64,000 bases of DNA from an uncultured Planctomycetota bacterium (GTDB lineage Bacteria > Planctomycetota > UBA1135 > UBA2386), in contig CAWGKH010000021.1 of the NCBI GenBank assembly GCA_963823025.1, positions 17,955 to 81,954 on the forward strand, in the 5' to 3' direction. Below the pieces are notes generated by a model that saw only the letters and a list, made by a program, of their open reading frames with translations, searched no databases and had not been told where the DNA came from. Numbering within the stretch: position 1 is the first letter of the stretch; each line of letters begins with the position of its first letter. Position numbers and translations under genes: made by a program. This document shows positions 58,739 through 64,000 of this stretch, in pieces.

Positions 58739-60909
58739 CACGCCACCTGCACCGGCACGCCATCGCTGACGCCGGCGAACGTCAGCCCGGGCCCGATCGC
58801 CAGCGCCGCCGCGTGGAACGGGTAGCCGCGCAGCGACGGCAGGTTCGGCACCGGCAGCGCGAAGCTGCCGTTCCCCTGCGCATCGAGGATCCCGCCCATC
58901 CACACCGAGAGCGAGGCCAACAGCAACGGGTCGGGGTCGAGCGGCAGCACCTCGGCGCCGAGGTAGGGGCTCGGACCGACGACGATCCCTTCGGCATCGC
59001 TCTCCGAAAGCAGCAGCAGCCACGGCAGCGCGGCCCGCCCCTCGAAGCTCGCCTGGAAGGTCACCGCCGCGCCCGGCGCGACGATCGCGCGGTCGGCGGT
59101 CAGCTCCGCGGGCAACAGCTCGTACAGCAAGTATGGCTGCACCACCCGCGCGTTGTCGTAGGCCGCGACGACCCGCCGGCGGCTCGCGTCGTAGACGTAG
59201 CTGGCCGGCTCGAAGTTGCCGAACGTCCCCGGTGCATGGGGCGGCGCCGAGCCCTGCACCGCGAGCTTCGTCCAGTCCTGCCCGTCGAAGCGCCAGACCT
59301 CGAGGCCCTGCACCCCGGTCTGGTCCGCCGCGATCCGCAGCACACCGCCCGATGCCGGGGCGTAGACGCCTTTCGGCGAGGCGAGCCACGGCGGGGAGTT
59401 CGCCGTCGACACCTGCCGCCAGGTCTGCCCGCTCCATTCCCAGGTCTCGAAGGCCGGCGGACTCGCCGGCGAAGCGGCGCAGCCGACGAAGGCCCCGCGC
59501 GCCGCATCGAACCCGAGCCCGGTGATCGCCGCCGGTCCGGTGCCGAGCGTCCGCCACTGCGAAGCCGGCGTCCACTCCCACATCGCACCGCCCTGCCACA
59601 GCAACAGCCGGTTGCCCGCCGGGTCCGCTGCGAAGCTCCCGCCGGTGGCCGCGGTCGGCCCGACCGTGAACGGCACCGCCGTCCAGCCGGTCGGCCCGTA
59701 GACCCAGGTCTGTCCGGCCGCGAGCGACGCGTCGCTGACGTAGACGATCCGCCCGCTGCCCGGATGCACGGCGACGAGCCCGTGCGGATCGACCGGCGGC
59801 GCCTGCGTCGAGGGCAGCGGCTGCCAGCCGCTGTCCGACCAGGTCCAGCCCGGCGCGAACACCAACCGCCGGTGGACGGGATCGTAGGCTGAGGGCAGGT
59901 CCGGCCGCCCGCGGTAGCTCACCGTCTGGCTCCAGGTGCCCTGCGCCGCGTCGAACCGCCCGGTCACGAGGCCGCCGTTCGGCGCCGTGCTCCAGCCGAG
60001 GCCGACGACCTCATGGCGCAGCAGGTCCGAGGTGCTGCGCAAGGCCACCGGCGCATTCGCTGAGAGCGTCGTCCACTGCGCACTGTCGAACAGCCACATC
60101 TGCTGACCGTCCGAGACCAAGACTCCGCGCCACAGCGGGTCGATCATGACATCAGAACCATTGAGGTCGAACAACGACGGGATCGCTCCCGTGGCCTGGA
60201 TCGCCGACCAGTCGTGGCCGTTCCATTCCCATACAGTTGCTCCATTCAGAGGAGATCCGGAGCCCGCGATTCCGCCGACCAGCTCCAGACGAAGCGTAGC
60301 GGGCTGGAAAGCGATTCTAGCGCCCCCGAACGGCGTCGGTTGAGTTTGCGGAAAACGCCGGGCCCACTGCGTCCCGTCCCACTCCCACGTGTCGTTGAAG
60401 TGTCCGTAGACAGGCTGGTAGGCAAGCCCTCCGTACAACAAGATCGTCCCTCGGATCGGGTCCGCGCCGATCGCCGCCCCGTACCGCGGGCCCGGCAGCG
60501 GGATTCCGCTCACCTCGTGCCAGTCCTGCCCGTCCCACTCCCACATGTCGCCGAGCGTCTGGTCGAGGTAGCCCCAGCCCCCGTACATCACGACCTGGTG
60601 CCGCGTCCAGTCGTAGGCCATCGCCTGCTCGTACCGCCCCGGTGGCGTCGTCGCCGTCGCGGCGTGATGCCACGCCCGACCGTCCCAGATCCAGGTGTCG
60701 GAGAAGACGCCGTAGGTCGAGCTCGCTCTCACCCCCCCGAACATCACGATGACCTCCCGGAACGGGTCGTAGACCATCGTCGACGAGATCGTCCCGATCC
60801 GCGGGATCGGCCGCCAGGCCTGCTGCGCACTCGCCACCGATAAAACGCCCAGCAACGCGAGCGCCGCGAGCAGCGATGAGTCGAGTCCCGACTTCCTGCA
60901 GATGGTCAT
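58735..60909 (-). CDS. Secreted Kelch/beta-propeller repeat protein
   Basis: Signal peptide ending ASAQ; repeated (M/A)xYD...VvMFGG...DTWEWDG units; C-terminal GILDAQGNGSFALPVPNLPSL domain. Confidence 0.85.
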   Translation of the reverse strand: MTICRKSGLDSSLLAALALLGVLSVASAQQAWRPIPRIGTISSTMVYDPFREVIVMFGGVRASSTYGVFSDTWIWDGRAWHHAATATTPPGRYEQAMAYDWTRHQVVMYGGWGYLDQTLGDMWEWDGQDWHEVSGIPLPGPRYGAAIGADPIRGTILLYGGLAYQPVYGHFNDTWEWDGTQWARRFPQTQPTPFGGARIAFQPATLRLELVGGIAGSGSPLNGATVWEWNGHDWSAIQATGAIPSLFDLNGSDVMIDPLWRGVLVSDGQQMWLFDSAQWTTLSANAPVALRSTSDLLRHEVVGLGWSTAPNGGLVTGRFDAAQGTWSQTVSYRGRPDLPSAYDPVHRRLVFAPGWTWSDSGWQPLPSTQAPPVDPHGLVAVHPGSGRIVYVSDASLAAGQTWVYGPTGWTAVPFTVGPTAATGGSFAADPAGNRLLLWQGGAMWEWTPASQWRTLGTGPAAITGLGFDAARGAFVGCAASPASPPAFETWEWSGQTWRQVSTANSPPWLASPKGVYAPASGGVLRIAADQTGVQGLEVWRFDGQDWTKLAVQGSAPPHAPGTFGNFEPASYVYDASRRRVVAAYDNARVVQPYLLYELLPAELTADRAIVAPGAAVTFQASFEGRAALPWLLLLSESDAEGIVVGPSPYLGAEVLPLDPDPLLLASLSVWMGGILDAQGNGSFALPVPNLPSLRGYPFHAAALAIGPGLTFAGVSDGVPVQVAW

Positions 60910-60916
60910 GCCCGCC

Positions 60917-63700
60917 TCATTGCCCGCCGCCGATCGGAGCCACCTCGTCGATCCACACGCCGAACGTCTGCATGTTGTTGTCCGGCATCATGCCGAGCGG
61001 CGAGGGGTCATTCGGCTGGCGCAGGGTGCGGTTGAACTCCACCGTGAAGCGCAGCATCTGCGTGTCGGCGATGGTCCCGGTCGCCCCCGGGCCATTGGCC
61101 GGGATCCGGGTGCCCTGGAACACGTGCCAGCGGCCCGAGGAGCTCACGCCGAACGGACCGCCGAGGCCCCACCCGTCGAAGTCGTCGATCCGCGTGCCGT
61201 CGCTTCGCATTCCGGAATTCTCCCAGTGATTCAGCCGCGCGAACTGCACGGTCGGCATCACCGGCGGCAGGAGCCCGTCGAGATACAGGAAGTCGAAGTC
61301 GCCGTCGGGGCTGCCCGTCACGAAGTAGCCCGCGTAGGCTCCCGGCGGGTTGATCACGTTGCGGCTCGGGTCGAGGTACAGCAGGAAGTTGTACCCGGAA
61401 CGCAGTGCTTCCACTCGACGATGGCGGGAGACGCTCCGAGACCCGCCGGCACCCACCACGGATGCGGATCGGGAAGCAGGTACGGCATGACGTCCGACAC
61501 CGTCGGCAAGTACGGCCCGGACGCAGCCGGGCTGAAGCTCCACTGCTGGAACCAGGTCTCGGCCGCATGCACGCCCGCCGTCGGAAAGCCCACCGGTAGC
61601 AACGGCCACGGCCACCTCGCGTCCGCGGCGAACAGCGAATCGTACCGGTACCACGGTTGCCCCTGGGACGTGTTCTGCAGCACCCCGGTCCCACGCTTGC
61701 CGATGTAGAACATCGCGTCGTTGATCATCAGCGGGATCCCCGTCGGCGGATTGTTGACGATCTTCACGAACGACGTCGTCCCGTACCGATAGCCGGCGAT
61801 GATCAAGCCGTTGGCCTCGTCCGCGCCGAGGTCGATCTCCCGATAGTTGTTGGCGGGCGCGTTCGGCGCGAACGGGTCGTCGACGATCCGCGGGTTTCCA
61901 TAGCCCTCACAGTCGTGCGTCCAGCAGTGGAAGCCCCACGATACCTGGTTGACACCCGACAACGGCAGCCGACCAGGCTCCGACGCGATCGTCAGCCCGT
62001 TCTGCATCGTGCCCGGGAACGGGCCTGCCCAGCCCGCGTCGATCAGCGGGTTGGCCTGGGCCTGTGCGGGCGGCACGGAGATGCCGGATGGCTGCGCGAG
62101 GTACGCGGTCGGCGACAGCCGGAAGTCCATCGGCGACCGGTCGAACTCCGGGTAGATCGGGAAGGCCGAGGCCGCTCCAGCGTTGGGATCGGCACCCCAG
62201 CAGATGAGATCGCGGACGTACAGCACACCTCGGGCCACGAATCCAGGATAGGCACCCGCAGAACAGCCGGAACCGCTCTGAAAGGCGCCCTGATAGCCGG
62301 TGAACGGAGCGATGTTTCGGTCGTGGCCGTTCGTCGTCGGTGTCGGGTCGTTGGTCGTGCGTAGCGAGGTCACCCTCAGGTTGGTCAGGATCGAGCCGCT
62401 GTTCACCTGATGCGTCTCTTGGTTGTACCGCCGACAAGAGGGGTTCTGCCCGTACACCTCGAACGCATTGAAGTTCTCGTAGACCGTCGGATTGGCCCCT
62501 ACCTGGACCGACATGTCTTCCGCGCACAGTCCTTCGAAGTCCGACACGGGAACCGTACCGGTCCACGTGCTCGGCCAAGCTCCGGACGCCACGCCACTCG
62601 GACCACACCGGATGTTCGGGTCGAGATAGCCCCCATCGAACACGTTGTTGAGCACGATCAGCTTGGACAGCCCGATCGCCAGTACGCTGAGCGAGTTGAC
62701 ATCCTGACGGTCCGGTCCCGCCTGCCCGTTCCACACGCCGATCTGGTTGCCGGCGAACGTGTTGTTGACGATCGTCAGTCCGTCGTGGACGACGGGATCG
62801 TCCGGATCCGGCTGGCCCTCCCCGGCGCTGACCAGGATACCGACGTCGTTGAACAGGAAGAAACAGTTCGAGATCGTCGGGCGCGCGGCGGTGTGGTGAT
62901 AGACCAGCACTCCGGCCAGGTGCCGCCAGCCTACGGCGGAGCGGCCTCCCCGCATGATCGTGACGGAGTCGATGAACGTGTCCTCTCCGTTCACCGGGAC
63001 TCCCGGAGACTCCGGATCGAGGAGTGGCTGTCCGCTCATCGGGTCGTAGAACACGCCGAACTCGAACGCGGCGTAGCTCTGGGACTCGTCCGTCGGGTGA
63101 TGGGTGAAACCGTCGAGATCCAGGACCGTGTTCAGCGCGCTGGTGCCCTGGATGCTGACGTGCGGCGGCAGCCAGATCGGGAAGGTCTCGCCGTTGCGGC
63201 GCAGCCCGTTCACCGGATCGCGCGTGCCTCCGTCCGGGTGGTACATGCCCGGGAGCAGGTGGATGATCGCGTGGGTCCAGCGGACCGTGTAGTCGACGTG
63301 ATAGTGGGTCAGGTAGAACTGGTGCGCGATCGCGCTCTGGTACGGTAACGGCGGCGTCGTGGAATTCGGGCTGAGTCGCCAGATCGAATCCACCGCCGCG
63401 GTGATGGTCTTGAACGGCTGCGAGGCGTGCAACAGCAACGACCCCGTGTTGGGGTCGACGACGTCGATGGGCGCCGCCGCGCCCGTGCCACAGTCACTGG
63501 CGCACGATGGGCCGGGGTTGAAGGTCGCGGCCAACGAATCGTCCCCGTATAGCGGATCCACCCACAGATGGAGCACGCGTTCCACGATGGTCTGGGCGTG
63601 CGCCCGTGCCGAAGCGACAGCGCAGACCAGGACCGTCAGGATCGCGGATGCGAAAGCCGAGAGCCTAGAGGTGGCGAGGTGGCGAGGTGGCGAGGTTCAT
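60917..63700 (-). CDS. Large secreted DUF1565/right-handed beta-helix protein with frame breaks at about 63680 (8-bp repeat) and about 61395
   Basis: LWVDPLYGDD, PFKTITAAV, IHLLPGMY, NGETFPIWLP...IQG (DUF1565 pattern); PTISNCFF, IVNNTFAGN, IDLGADE. Signal-peptide codons (AILTVLVCAVASARAHAQ) lie in frame upstream of ORF 61354..63585. Adding one G at ttccgggtac joins ORF 60917..61654. Confidence 0.75.
63668..63696. repeat. 8-bp simple sequence repeat (GAGGTGGC)x3 plus GAGGT
   Basis: Read directly; begins 1 bp after the minus-strand ATG at 63700-63698. Confidence 0.92.
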
Positions 63701-64000
63701 GGGACCCTTGGGGCGAGCTCCCCTTGGTGGAACTTTCCAGCAGCATAGCGGCTCCGTGTGCGCAGGTCACGGGGCTCGTCTCTACTCTCGGTCGGGACAC
63801 GCGCCCGGCCGCGTCTCACCACGCCACCGGCACACCCTTGCTGCACCCTCCAGGAGTTCGTGCAAGTGTTCGAGCCAGTGCCAGCGAACGCAGCGACTTG
63901 GTCGAGTGGAAGCAGCAACGGGGAGCACGGCGAGACGAGGGGTTGCGGGCGGATCCTGCGGGCCGGTACCCCTGAGCAACGGTCATCCCAGGAGCGGGCA

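Noticed and set aside
63861-63885. Possible minus-strand sigma-54 promoter (TGGCTC...TTGCA)
   Set aside because: GG-to-GC spacing is 11 rather than the required 10.

Overview
A high-GC window from a Planctomycetota-like genome. The taxon is inferred from the PVC small basic protein, planctomycete-type ECF sigma/Ser-Thr kinase pairs and TPR-extended secretins. From left to right it holds: the 5' part of a giant repetitive surface protein (minus strand, running off the left edge, absent from the ORF track); an ECF-sigma/Ser-Thr-kinase cluster; a DUF4388 protein; a five-heme cytochrome c; an APH-type phosphotransferase; an ECF sigma behind a consensus sigma-54 promoter; PNPase; small housekeeping genes (PilZ, methyltransferase, queE, aminotransferase, TMTC-like glycosyltransferase, DUF481 barrel, family-4 UDG). 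The centre is a 13-kb envelope locus of two lipoprotein secretins bracketing two exported TPR proteins, one ExbB/TolQ and three ExbD/TolR genes, with no ATPase, pilin or TonB in the locus. Next come a HAD hydrolase and a convergent three-gene unit (orphan BY-kinase-like P-loop protein, coiled-coil protein, MamK-like actin), then hutU, hutH, bamA, dnaB, a motor-less FtsK paralogue, ftsK and coaB. The right end carries a cassette of secreted proteins whose first gene has an 8-bp tandem repeat that puts its ATG out of frame. Several single-base frame breaks, including in ftsK and hutH, look like long-read assembly errors. No tRNA, rRNA, CRISPR array or transposase was recognised. All family calls come from motif recognition by eye, not database searches.
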